NCBI GenBank assembly: GCA_031316235.1
Contig: JALDRA010000001.1
Span: forward strand, 3,090,001 to 3,122,000
DNA length: 32,000 nt
Reading direction: 5' to 3'
Origin: Candidatus Scalindua sp.
Lineage (GTDB): Bacteria; Planctomycetota; Brocadiia; Brocadiales; Scalinduaceae
The notes beneath the pieces are model-generated. The model saw only the letters and a list, made by a program, of their open reading frames with translations. It ran no database searches and was not told the DNA's origin. Made by a program: the position numbers and the translations under genes. The number at the start of each line of letters is the position of its first letter. Within the stretch, counting starts at the first letter, position 1. Below are positions 9,422 through 18,107 of the stretch, piece by piece.

Positions 9422-10510
9422 ATGAGAAGTCTTGCAAATAGTACGAGACACCTTCAGGAAGTAGCATTTCAAAATCTTATTGATGGTGTTTTTATTTTCG
9501 ATAAAGACAGGAAAATAGTAGTTTTCAACCCTGCCTGTGAACAGATTGTAGGATTTTCCAGAGAGGAGATATTGCGGAATAATTCTATCTGCCTTGATGT
9601 ATTTAAATGCCACTCGCCAAATAACAGCTGTCTTTCCTCATGTCCAGGCCTTGAGCTTTTTAACGGAAAACGCTCAAGTGTGTCACGGGAATATATTATA
9701 AAGACCAAGGAGGGGAGAGATAAGTGGGTGACAACAAACTATTCAATGATCAGGGATGAAAAAGGGAAGGCAGAATATGTTGTGGGTGTTATCCGTGATA
9801 TCACTGAAATGAAAAAGTTTAATGAAGAATTAATCAAATCCAAAACGCTCTCTATCCTTGGACAGTTCAGCCACGAATTGGTACATGAGATAAAAAACCC
9901 TTTAAATTCTATTACAATTCAGATGTTATTGTTAGAACGGGAGATCAGGAAAAAAGAGTTTAATCATGAAAAAGAGCTCTCTTCTGTTGTCAGAGTTGTC
10001 AGGGAAGAAATAAACAGGTTAAGCAGGTTAACAAAAGATTGTCAGGAATTTTCCAAAACAGGGCATCTGAAACGTAAAGATGATGATGTCTGCGAAATCA
10101 TTAACGAGCTCCACACCCTTATCAATCCTCATGCAGTCATGAACGGGATAAACGTTCATGTGACAATGCAGAAAAAACGGCAACACATCCTGCTTGATAG
10201 AGATAGATTGAAGCAGGCGTTGTTAAATGTTTTAATTAATGCGGTCGAAGCAATGCCGGGAGGTGGCGATTTATATCTGAGGGTCGCAAAAAAAGAGAGG
10301 CATATAATGGTATATATCAAAAATACCGGACCTGGTATTCCAAAGGAGTTAGAGAGTAAGGTCTTTAATCTATTTTATTCAACAAAAAGTGGTGGAACCG
10401 GTGTCGGTTTGGCGATAACGCAGAACATTATTCAGGCGCATGGTGGCAATATAAGATTTAAAAATGTAAGTGACGGAGTTGAATTTATAATAGAATTACC
10501 CTTAGACTGA
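9422..10510 (+). CDS. Cytoplasmic PAS-domain sensor histidine kinase (NtrB/AtoS-like)
   Basis: PAS region (GVFIFDKDRKIVVFNPACEQIVGFSREEIL), H-box SHELVHEIKNPLNSI, HATPase N and G boxes (NVLINAVEAM, GTGVGLAI). No TM segment. Confidence 0.85.
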   Translation: MRSLANSTRHLQEVAFQNLIDGVFIFDKDRKIVVFNPACEQIVGFSREEILRNNSICLDVFKCHSPNNSCLSSCPGLELFNGKRSSVSREYIIKTKEGRDKWVTTNYSMIRDEKGKAEYVVGVIRDITEMKKFNEELIKSKTLSILGQFSHELVHEIKNPLNSITIQMLLLEREIRKKEFNHEKELSSVVRVVREEINRLSRLTKDCQEFSKTGHLKRKDDDVCEIINELHTLINPHAVMNGINVHVTMQKKRQHILLDRDRLKQALLNVLINAVEAMPGGGDLYLRVAKKERHIMVYIKNTGPGIPKELESKVFNLFYSTKSGGTGVGLAITQNIIQAHGGNIRFKNVSDGVEFIIELPLD

Positions 10511-10524
10511 ATTTTGAGTAAGGC

Positions 10525-11883
10525 ATGAGAAAACCAAGATTACTGCTGATTGATGATGATGTGAATACGGTCAATGGCTTGAAGAAAATCCTCTCCCGTG
10601 ACAATTATGATACCAGTACGGCTCTTACCGGCCGTGATGGATTAAAAATGATTGAAAGGATACACTTTGATATCGTGATAACGGATATGAAGCTGCCGGA
10701 TATTGGGGGTTTTACTATTATTGAAGAGATAAAGAGGAAAGATGCAAACACCTCTGTTGTAATGATAACAGCATACAGCTCTATTCAAACTGCCATTGAT
10801 GCAATGAAAAAGGGTGCTGACCACTATTTGACAAAACCCGTTAATATTGATGAATTAGAATTGATTCTGAACAGGATATGGGAAAAACAGCTTCTCATAG
10901 TACAAAATAAGGAATTAAAGCAAAAGTTAAACGAAAAGTATAATTTTCACGGATTGATAGGCGGTACCGCTGAGATGCAGCAGGTGTTTAAGACAATTTC
11001 CGAAATTGCCCCGACAACGGCAACGGTAATAGTATATGGGGCAACCGGAACAGGGAAGGAGCTTATTGCGAATGCAATTCATTATAACAGCGACAGGAAG
11101 GAAAAACCTTTTGTTGCTCTCCATTGCGCGTCATTATCGGAAGGGATCCTTGAAAGTGAACTTTTTGGACATGAAAAAGGTGCTTTTACAGGAGCTATCA
11201 GCCAGCGAAGAGGCCGGTTTGAATTAGCAGATGGGGGGAGCCTTTTTCTTGATGAAATAGGAGAGCTGAATTCCCATGTACAGATAAAGCTCTTACGGGT
11301 CCTTGAAACGGGTTGTTTTGAAAGAGTTGGAGGAGAGACATCTCTCAATACTGATGTCAGGATTATTGCCGCAACAAACAAGGATCTGGAAAAAGAGGTA
11401 GAAAATGGGACGTTTCGGGAAGACCTCTATTATCGGCTTAATGTCATTAATCTCGTGATACCACCGCTTAAAGAGAGGCGGGACGATGTTGCATTGCTGG
11501 CTGACTATTTCCTCATTAAATATTCACAAAAGAATAATAAGAAAATTAAAGGATTCTTACCCCAGACCATGAGGTTGCTGAATAGTTATGACTGGCCAGG
11601 TAATGTGAGAGAACTGGAGAATATCGTTGAACGGGCAGTAGTGATGGCAAAAAAAGATCTCATAGAACCAGACAATCTCCCCTCTAAAATAAGCCTTAGT
11701 GTTAAAAAAGCCAACAGAGATGTTTTTTCTATACCATTTGGAACTACCCTGAAAGATGCAGAGAGGAAGATAATTACTGAGACACTGCAGGCAACGAATG
11801 GGAGTAAGTCAAAGGCAGCAAAAATCCTTGGTATCTCTACGCGGAAAATAGAGTATAAACACAAGGAGTGGTCAAAGGCTTGA
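10525..11883 (+). CDS. Sigma-54-dependent response regulator (NtrC family: REC + AAA+ + Fis-type HTH)
   Basis: REC domain (LLLIDDD..ITDMKLPD), Walker A GATGTGKE, GAFTGA loop (ESELFGHEKGAFTGA), RVIAATN, C-terminal HTH KSKAAKILGISTRKIEYK. Confidence 0.92.
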   Translation: MRKPRLLLIDDDVNTVNGLKKILSRDNYDTSTALTGRDGLKMIERIHFDIVITDMKLPDIGGFTIIEEIKRKDANTSVVMITAYSSIQTAIDAMKKGADHYLTKPVNIDELELILNRIWEKQLLIVQNKELKQKLNEKYNFHGLIGGTAEMQQVFKTISEIAPTTATVIVYGATGTGKELIANAIHYNSDRKEKPFVALHCASLSEGILESELFGHEKGAFTGAISQRRGRFELADGGSLFLDEIGELNSHVQIKLLRVLETGCFERVGGETSLNTDVRIIAATNKDLEKEVENGTFREDLYYRLNVINLVIPPLKERRDDVALLADYFLIKYSQKNNKKIKGFLPQTMRLLNSYDWPGNVRELENIVERAVVMAKKDLIEPDNLPSKISLSVKKANRDVFSIPFGTTLKDAERKIITETLQATNGSKSKAAKILGISTRKIEYKHKEWSKA

Positions 11884-12298
11884 TCGTTTAAATCGTAAAC
11901 ACACTGTCTAAATAGAAAACAGCTAACCACAGGGTTTTTAAAAATCTGTTGATTAAACGGAAAAAATGAACAAGAAGCCTCGTATCATTCCCCTTTACCT
12001 TTCCTGGCTGAAAACATAATCATTTCTCTCATTTAAACGAACGGTATCTCTTTTGAGTGGCAGAGAGCTTTCTCATATTTTTTGTTTTCCCTTTACCTCA
12101 GGGCTCAGGAGAAAACAACTTTCCATTTTCACCTCTCATTTTAAGGATATCTCCGTCCGCACTTCACCCTCACGATTGTTAGTCAGTAGAATCATATTAT
12201 GGAGTAGCAGGTTTAGCCTGCCGGACAGATCGGTCAGACCTGATCTGAAACTAAGTACGATACAATTCCAGGCTGTTTTTTTCTGAACCCTCAATCAA

Positions 12299-12314
12299 TG
12301 GCAACTATTTTGCG
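12299..12314 (+). promoter_or_regulatory. Sigma-54-type -24/-12 promoter match
   Basis: TGGCAACTATTTTGCG compared with consensus TGGCACG-N4-TTGCW: GG and GC are separated by exactly 10 nt, and both the TGGCA and TTGC cores are present. It lies between the sigma-54 activator gene and the next kinase operon. Confidence 0.4.
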
Positions 12315-12318
12315 ATTA

Positions 12319-12431
12319 TATACTAAAACCGATTTGGTTTTCGGTTTTTCTGAAAAACAAATCTTGGTTGCCGTTATACTCGCTCCGCTTTTACTCGGAT
12401 TTTATCCGAAAACTATTATGAAATGAGTATA
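12319..12431 (+). repeat. Structured ~112-bp intergenic repeat, copy A (most diverged)
   Basis: Aligns end to end with copies at 17789-17901, 25787-25898 and 30601-30712. Has TATACT...AGTATA termini. Confidence 0.85.
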
Positions 12432-12667
12432 CTGAAGTATTCAGGTCTGAATGAGGCTTTTACGGGTTTGATTCCGCTCTCATTTGTTCAGTGCAGACGC
12501 GGTTGAAAAATTTCTGTAATCTGGTCAAAAGTCATTGATTCCATACCGCTTATTTGCGGAGAAAAAACATTTGAGTGCGAGTTCCACAATCTACCGGGTG
12601 AATAATGCCTTTCTTCCCGACGGAGGGCGTATGCAGATACATTACAATAATGTTAAAGGAGACAAAG

Positions 12668-14023
12668 GTGAAAGAGTTACGCACGAAGAAGGCCTTAATT
12701 GGCATGGAGGAGTGTGGTGCCGATGCAAAAAACTCTGAATTGGCAACCATCAATGTGCAATTACAGCAAAGAATTGATAAACTTGAACATGATGAGAAAA
12801 CACTTCAGAGGTCAAATTCAGAAATTGAAAAGTTGCTCAATGTTATTCCATTGATATTGATCGGTGTGTCACGTGACGACAGGGTTACCCTCTGGAATAA
12901 AGTTGCGGTGACAACCTTCGGAATTCCAGCAGTAAATGCAATTGGTAAAAAGATTCATGAGTGTGATATACCATGGGAGTGGGAAAAGGTTGATAAATCG
13001 GTTGCAATGTCTCAAAGGACGGATAAACCCATACAAATTGATTGTGTTCGATATCAGATGTCCGATGGGGATTACGGTTTCCTGAATGTTACCCTCACTC
13101 CTGTTTCAAACGAAATGGTCGAAATTACACACGTGCTTCTCTTAGGGCGGGATATTACAGAATGGAAGAAAATGGAGAATCAAATGGTTCAGATTCAAAA
13201 GTTGGAGGCCATTGGTCAGCTGGCCGCAGGAATTGCCCATGAGATAAATACACCGACCCAATATATCAGAGACAACACGAGTTTTCTTGAAGAGGCCTTT
13301 GACAGTATTTGTAAATTACTTAACCGGTTTTCGCAGTTACTTGAATTGAGTAAGAATCAGGCAGTATGTTCAGATCTGCTTGCAGAAATACATTCTATGA
13401 TTAAGGAAGTCGATCTTGAATACCTGGTTGAAGAAATACCCGAAGCGATTGGACAATCTCAGGAAGGGCTTAAACGTGTCACAGAAATAGTAAAGGCAAT
13501 GAAGACCTTTTCGCATCCTGGCAATGAAGAAGTTGTGCCCATTAATATCAATGAGGCTATCAAGAGTACGATAACGGTTGCGAGAAACGAATGGAAGTAT
13601 GTGGCTGACATGAAGACTGACTTTGACCCTGAATTACCGATGATACCATGTTTTCCCGGTGAGTTCAATCAGGTAATTCTCAACATGATAATCAATGCTA
13701 CTCATGCCATTGAAGAGGTATCAAATAATGAGGATGAGGGGAAAGGTCTCATAAGCATTAGTACACATTTGAATAAAGATTGGGCAGAGATCCGCATTGG
13801 AGATACTGGAACAGGAATTCCGGAAAAATACAGATCAAAATTGTTTGATCCGTTTTTTACCACAAAGGAAGTAGGTAAAGGAACTGGTCAGGGGCTGGCT
13901 ATTGCACATTCTGTAATAGTTGGAAAGCATAAGGGGACAATCAGCTTTGAAACAGAGACAGGGAACGGTACAACATTTATCATACGTTTGCCCACGCTAT
14001 TACACAAGACTATAAAGGAGTAA
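12668..14023 (+). CDS. PAS-domain sensor histidine kinase
   Basis: The ORF is open from 12605. GTG 12668 is preferred (AAGGAG 6 nt upstream); ATG 12650 or 12605 are possible. Coiled-coil then PAS, H-box AAGIAHEINTPTQYI, HATPase (NMIINATHAI, DTGTGIP, GTGQGLAI). Confidence 0.85.
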   Translation: MKELRTKKALIGMEECGADAKNSELATINVQLQQRIDKLEHDEKTLQRSNSEIEKLLNVIPLILIGVSRDDRVTLWNKVAVTTFGIPAVNAIGKKIHECDIPWEWEKVDKSVAMSQRTDKPIQIDCVRYQMSDGDYGFLNVTLTPVSNEMVEITHVLLLGRDITEWKKMENQMVQIQKLEAIGQLAAGIAHEINTPTQYIRDNTSFLEEAFDSICKLLNRFSQLLELSKNQAVCSDLLAEIHSMIKEVDLEYLVEEIPEAIGQSQEGLKRVTEIVKAMKTFSHPGNEEVVPININEAIKSTITVARNEWKYVADMKTDFDPELPMIPCFPGEFNQVILNMIINATHAIEEVSNNEDEGKGLISISTHLNKDWAEIRIGDTGTGIPEKYRSKLFDPFFTTKEVGKGTGQGLAIAHSVIVGKHKGTISFETETGNGTTFIIRLPTLLHKTIKE

Positions 14024-14770
14024 TATCATGAAAAAACGGATCCTCTTCGTTGATGATGAACCGAATCTTTTGGATGGTTATAAACGTATATTGCGTAATA
14101 AACGTGATGAGTGGGAATTAGGTTTTGTCTGTAATGTTGATGCTGCTTTAGCCCGGTTAGAAGAAGAGAGTTTTGATGTCATTGTTTCAGATGTGAGAAT
14201 GCCGGGGAAGGATGGATTTGAATTTTTAAAGATACTCAAGGGGAATGAAAAGACCAGGCAGACACCTGTAGTTATTGTAACAGGCTGTAACGAAAATGAC
14301 CTCAAAAGTCGTGCCTTGACTCTGGGAGCTATGGATCTCCTGAACAAGCCCGTTGAGAGAGAAGATCTGGTTGCACGTCTTAACAGTATGATTCGTCTAA
14401 AATCATACCAGGATAATCTTGAAGACCAGAATAAAATACTTGAAGAGAGAGTCAGGGAGCGTACAGCTGAATTGGAGGATTCCAGGTTTGATATTATATG
14501 GAGACTTGGGAAATTAGCTGAATTCAGGGATGAAGATACAGGAAATCATGTCTTAAGGGTTGGCTCCTATTGTCGCACCCTCGCAGAGGTACTTGGGAAA
14601 AACAGGGATTTTGTTGAGATGATATTTTTGACAAGCCCTCTTCATGATATCGGCAAGGTAGGAGTGCCGGATAGTATTCTTTTGAAATGCGGGAAACTCG
14701 ATCCTGATGAGTGGGCAATAATGAAACAGCATTGTGAGATTGGTGCTGATATTTTTAATCTAGTGTCACG

Positions 14771-15466
14771 TCAATCATCAAGTGTCGGGTAAAGTTTAGA
14801 TAATCTTATCCTGGCATCAATCGTAGTAAACTGCCAGTTAGCCTTTGATTTCTTATTGTTTCTAAATTTCTGCCATGACTGTACTTCTTTTTTTATCTTT
14901 GTAATATTATCAATCCGCCTGTTTAAACACTGTCCAGCAAGTACATTCAACTCGATTTCTGCCATATTTAACCAGCTACCATGCTTTGGGGTGTAGACAA
15001 ACTCAAATTTATCTAAAATTTCCTTTGCTTTATCCGGCACAAACGTTTCATACAACGATCCAGCATCATGAGTATTCAAGTTGTCCATTACTAATGTTAT
15101 TTTGTTCGCATGACCATATGTATTAACAACGTCTTCCAGAAAATAGGACCAATCTTGTTTAGTTCTTCTTTCTGTTATTTTTACTATACGTTTCCCGGCC
15201 AATGGTTCAAAGGCCAGAAAAATATTACACACTCCACAACGCTTATATTCATAGTCATACTTAGCCGGTTGCCCTGGTGAAGCAGAAATTGGCATCTTTG
15301 TCTCTGATATAAGTTGCTTTGGTGACTCGTCCATACATATTACTGGATACTTAGCGTCATATGGACGTTTGTATACATCCAGCACCATTTCCATGTTAGC
15401 GACAAAACTGCCGTTTTCTTTTGGCGGTATTACCCAACCTTTTCGTTGCCAGGGCTTAATTTCGTT
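14771..15466 (-). CDS. IS630-family transposase, DDE catalytic part (orfB frame, -1 relative to orfA)
   Basis: The frame is open upstream of the listed ATG 15394 and reads KKNEIKPWQRKGWVIPP across the A8 run, a family-typical motif. DDE-type residues sit in ICMDES, VMDNLNTH and SWLNMAEIE. The stop codon lies inside the left terminal inverted repeat. Confidence 0.85.
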   Translation of the reverse strand, partial: NEIKPWQRKGWVIPPKENGSFVANMEMVLDVYKRPYDAKYPVICMDESPKQLISETKMPISASPGQPAKYDYEYKRCGVCNIFLAFEPLAGKRIVKITERRTKQDWSYFLEDVVNTYGHANKITLVMDNLNTHDAGSLYETFVPDKAKEILDKFEFVYTPKHGSWLNMAEIELNVLAGQCLNRRIDNITKIKKEVQSWQKFRNNKKSKANWQFTTIDARIRLSKLYPTLDD

Positions 15467-15903
15467 TTTTTTAATATACGGCGTATTGTTTCGTGGGAAA
15501 TTTTGTCAGTATATTCAAGTTCTACTACCTTGTCTGCTAATAATCGCAGAGACCATCTTGCAAAACCTTCTGGCGGCTCGCTACAACTTAACGCTACCAG
15601 GTGGGCTTCAAAGTCACCATCTGTCTTCTTTTCATATACTCGATTGCCTTTGCGTCCATTAAGCGCAACTTCAAAACCTTCTTCAACAAATCTTTTCTTT
15701 ACCCGGTCAATTTTCTTCATGCTTATTTTAAGAACACGGGCAATTTCAACGTTGGTCGAACGTTTGCCCTGATACTCACCCTGGTCGCAAGCTAATAATA
15801 GTAATGCATTGAGTATCTTTTGGGATCTATGCATCCCTTTAGACGTTAAAGCAACAAGCCTGTTACGTTCATCGCAATCAAGAGTTACTATGTATTTCTT
15901 CAT
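15430..15903 (-). CDS. IS630-family transposase, N-terminal HTH part (orfA)
   Basis: 157-aa ORF with HTH-like segments (RSTNVEIARVLKISMKKIDRVKKRF). It ends shortly after an A8 run. Confidence 0.85.
   Translation of the reverse strand: MKKYIVTLDCDERNRLVALTSKGMHRSQKILNALLLLACDQGEYQGKRSTNVEIARVLKISMKKIDRVKKRFVEEGFEVALNGRKGNRVYEKKTDGDFEAHLVALSCSEPPEGFARWSLRLLADKVVELEYTDKISHETIRRILKKTKLSPGNEKVG
15465..15472 (-). promoter_or_regulatory. A AAA AAA slippery site for a -1 frameshift joining orfA and orfB
   Basis: Plus-strand T8 equals minus-strand A8. In the orfA frame it reads TT-A AAA AAA-CG, the X XXY YYZ phasing. A -1 slip gives ..RRILKK-NEIKPW.. and a ~377-aa fusion protein. Confidence 0.6.
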
Positions 15904-16473
15904 AATCTAAATCTCCCGAAAAAAATTTAATTATGAAGATATTATAATCTATTATATACGACAATTCTAGCTTGACGTGACACTAGATGCCAAAACTATG
16001 CAGTCATTTTTTTCGTGGCGTGGTGACCGGTTTCATCCGGACAATAAAAGGAGTTACAATCCGCTTCATAAAATGGCTGCCTCTATTGCAATGTCACATC
16101 ATGAAAGATGGGACGGTAAAGGATACCCTGAAGGTCTGTCAGGAACTGAGATACCCCTTGAGTCCCGAATAGCTGCAATAGCAGATGTATACGATGCTCT
16201 GAGTTCTGTACGTCCATATAAGGAGGCTTTACCGGAAAGCAAGGTAATTGAGATTATGGAGAGTGAGCGGAGCAACCATTTTGATCCTGATGTGTATAAG
16301 GCATTTGAGGAGTCTTTTGATAAATTTAGAATAATTCGGGCAGAATTTGCCGATAATAATCATGAATCAGTTATTCATCAATAGTTTTGAGACCAGAATA
16401 ATCATTGATTCCTCTTTTTAATGGCATTTTCCTGGGTACGGAATAAATTTTCTTGTAATGAAAGCTATATGAA

Positions 16474-17775
16474 ATGAGAAGAATTCTCTTTGTAGATGAT
16501 GAACCGGAGATCCTTCAGGAATTTAAGCGAATGCTTCAACCCATGAGCCGGGAATGGGGTATGTCATTTGCCATTGGTGGAGAAGAAGCGCTGGATTTTA
16601 TGTCAAAGTCTGATTTTGATGTTGTTGTATCTGATATGCGTATGCCGAAAATGGATGGGCTGGAACTCCTTAATGAGGTTATGGAGAGATATCCCGATGT
16701 TGTACGCATTGTCCTTTCAGAGGATTCTGATAGAGACGTATTGTTACAATCTGTTAAATGTTCACATCAGCATTTGAAGAAACCGTGCAATATAGATACG
16801 GTCAAATATGTCATAACGCGGACATGCAAACTTAAGGATTTGTTGCAGAATGAGGCATTGAGAAAAATAGTGACAGGGATAAAGAAGTTGCCGAGTCTCC
16901 CGGCTTTGTACGGAATGATTGTTAAAGAGATGCAGTCTCCTGACGCATCTATTAAAAAAGTTGGCTATATTATTTCTCAAGATGTTTCAATGTCGGCAAA
17001 GATTTTACAGGTTGTTAATTCTGCCTACTTTGGTCTTCCACGGAAAATTTCTGATCCGCAGCAGGCATCGGTATATTTGGGTATAGAGACGTTAAAGGCT
17101 CTCGTCCTCTCCGTTCATGTGTTTTCATCATTTGCTGAAGATACAAAATTGTATGGAGTTTCCTTGAGAGAGATATTGGGACACTGCCTGCTGGTGGGGA
17201 GGCTGGCAAAGGAGATTGCACGCAGTGAAAAGGCGGAAACAAATATATTGGAAGAGGCATTGATAGCGGGAGTGCTGCACGATATAGGAAAGTTGATTTT
17301 GTTACAGCTTCCTGATCAGAACAGACAGGTAGAGGAACTGATCGAAACAACTGGTGTGAGTTCTGTAGAGTTGGAATATGAGGTCATGAAGAGCTCTCAT
17401 GCTGAACTGGGGGCATATTTATTAGGACTGTGGGGGCTCCCTGATAGTATCATTGAAATAGTGGCATTTCATCACAATCCATCAAAACTGCTGGAGGGTA
17501 TGTTTACAGAGACAGGTCTCTCGTGTGAAGATGAAGGAATTGTCAGGTCTGGCAAAGGGCATCCCGTCACACAATCTTCCGGAAAATATTTAATAGAATT
17601 CACCACACTGACTGCAGTACATGTCGCAAATGCCTTCTTGACTCAGAAGGAGATTACTCGAGAAACAACTGTCTTTTCACACATTGACCAACGGTATTTA
17701 AAAACGCTTAATTTGAAAGACAGGTTGCCTGTATGGTTAGAGCAGTATCACAAAATAATGCGGGAACAGATCTAA
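16474..17775 (+). CDS. Response regulator with REC + HDOD output domain
   Basis: REC (MRRILFVDDEPEIL..VVSDMRMPKMDG) followed by HDOD motifs (LPSLPALY, VNSAYFGLPRKI, LGIETLKALVL, GVLHDIGKLILL). Confidence 0.88.
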   Translation: MRRILFVDDEPEILQEFKRMLQPMSREWGMSFAIGGEEALDFMSKSDFDVVVSDMRMPKMDGLELLNEVMERYPDVVRIVLSEDSDRDVLLQSVKCSHQHLKKPCNIDTVKYVITRTCKLKDLLQNEALRKIVTGIKKLPSLPALYGMIVKEMQSPDASIKKVGYIISQDVSMSAKILQVVNSAYFGLPRKISDPQQASVYLGIETLKALVLSVHVFSSFAEDTKLYGVSLREILGHCLLVGRLAKEIARSEKAETNILEEALIAGVLHDIGKLILLQLPDQNRQVEELIETTGVSSVELEYEVMKSSHAELGAYLLGLWGLPDSIIEIVAFHHNPSKLLEGMFTETGLSCEDEGIVRSGKGHPVTQSSGKYLIEFTTLTAVHVANAFLTQKEITRETTVFSHIDQRYLKTLNLKDRLPVWLEQYHKIMREQI

Positions 17776-17788
17776 GAATTTGCACAAC

Positions 17789-17901
17789 TATACTCATCTC
17801 ATATTGGTTTTCTGATAAAATCCGAGATAAAATTGAGCGAGTATACCAGCAACCAAGATTTGGTTTCCGGTAAAACCGAAAACCAAATCGGTTTTAGTAT
17901 A
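17789..17901 (-). repeat. Structured ~112-bp intergenic repeat, copy B (inverted orientation)
   Basis: Its reverse complement matches copy C over the full length. The 33-nt main hairpin is identical. Confidence 0.9.
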
Positions 17902-18107
17902 TTCAATCACTTGAGTATGCTTCACCGTGAAATCTGAAATCATGACTTGATTGGCAAATTATCACGGAAAGCCATTTCATAATTACCAGTTATAGTAAAT
18001 TGAAAATCAGCGGCATGGATCGGTTAAGATCTCAAATTGTAATTTTTAAACAAATGTTTTTTTATTGAATATCTGGCAATGATCATTATCTTGAAAGGTT
18101 TTATGGT

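Larger units (their letters stand above)
14763..15983 (-). mobile_element. IS630-family insertion sequence (1221 bp)
   Basis: 12-bp perfect terminal inverted repeats GTGTCACGTCAA (14763-14774) and TTGACGTGACAC (15972-15983). TA duplication (14761-62 and 15984-85) within a C-TA..TA-G context. Two-frame DDE transposase inside. Confidence 0.92.
14028..16384 (+). pseudogene. REC + HD-GYP response regulator (RpfG-like c-di-GMP phosphodiesterase type) interrupted by an IS630-family element
   Basis: The 5' piece 14028..14762 encodes REC (ILFVDDEP..VSDVRMPG) and the start of the HD domain (HVLRVG, LHDIGKVGVP). The 3' piece 15986..16384 carries HHERWDGKGYP and the remaining HD-GYP motifs. The pieces join in frame once the IS and one TA are removed. 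Confidence 0.9.

Noticed and set aside
12053-12286. 77-aa ORF in the gap after the sigma-54 regulator
   Set aside because: Alternative-start ORF with a low-complexity S/R/L/F-rich translation, no SD and a pyrimidine-rich strand. Treated as non-coding.
14763-15983. The IS630-family element as the autonomous partner of the 112-bp repeats
   Set aside because: Both would use TA flanks, but the IS ends (GTGTCACGTCAA) share no similarity with the repeat ends (TACTAAAACCG / TACTCATC).
16432-16447. Second sigma-54-like string TGGCATTTTCCTGGGT upstream of the first REC-HDOD gene
   Set aside because: GG is present at -24 but there is no GC at the -12 position. Similar TGGCA strings near 17952 and 18074 also fail the spacing test.
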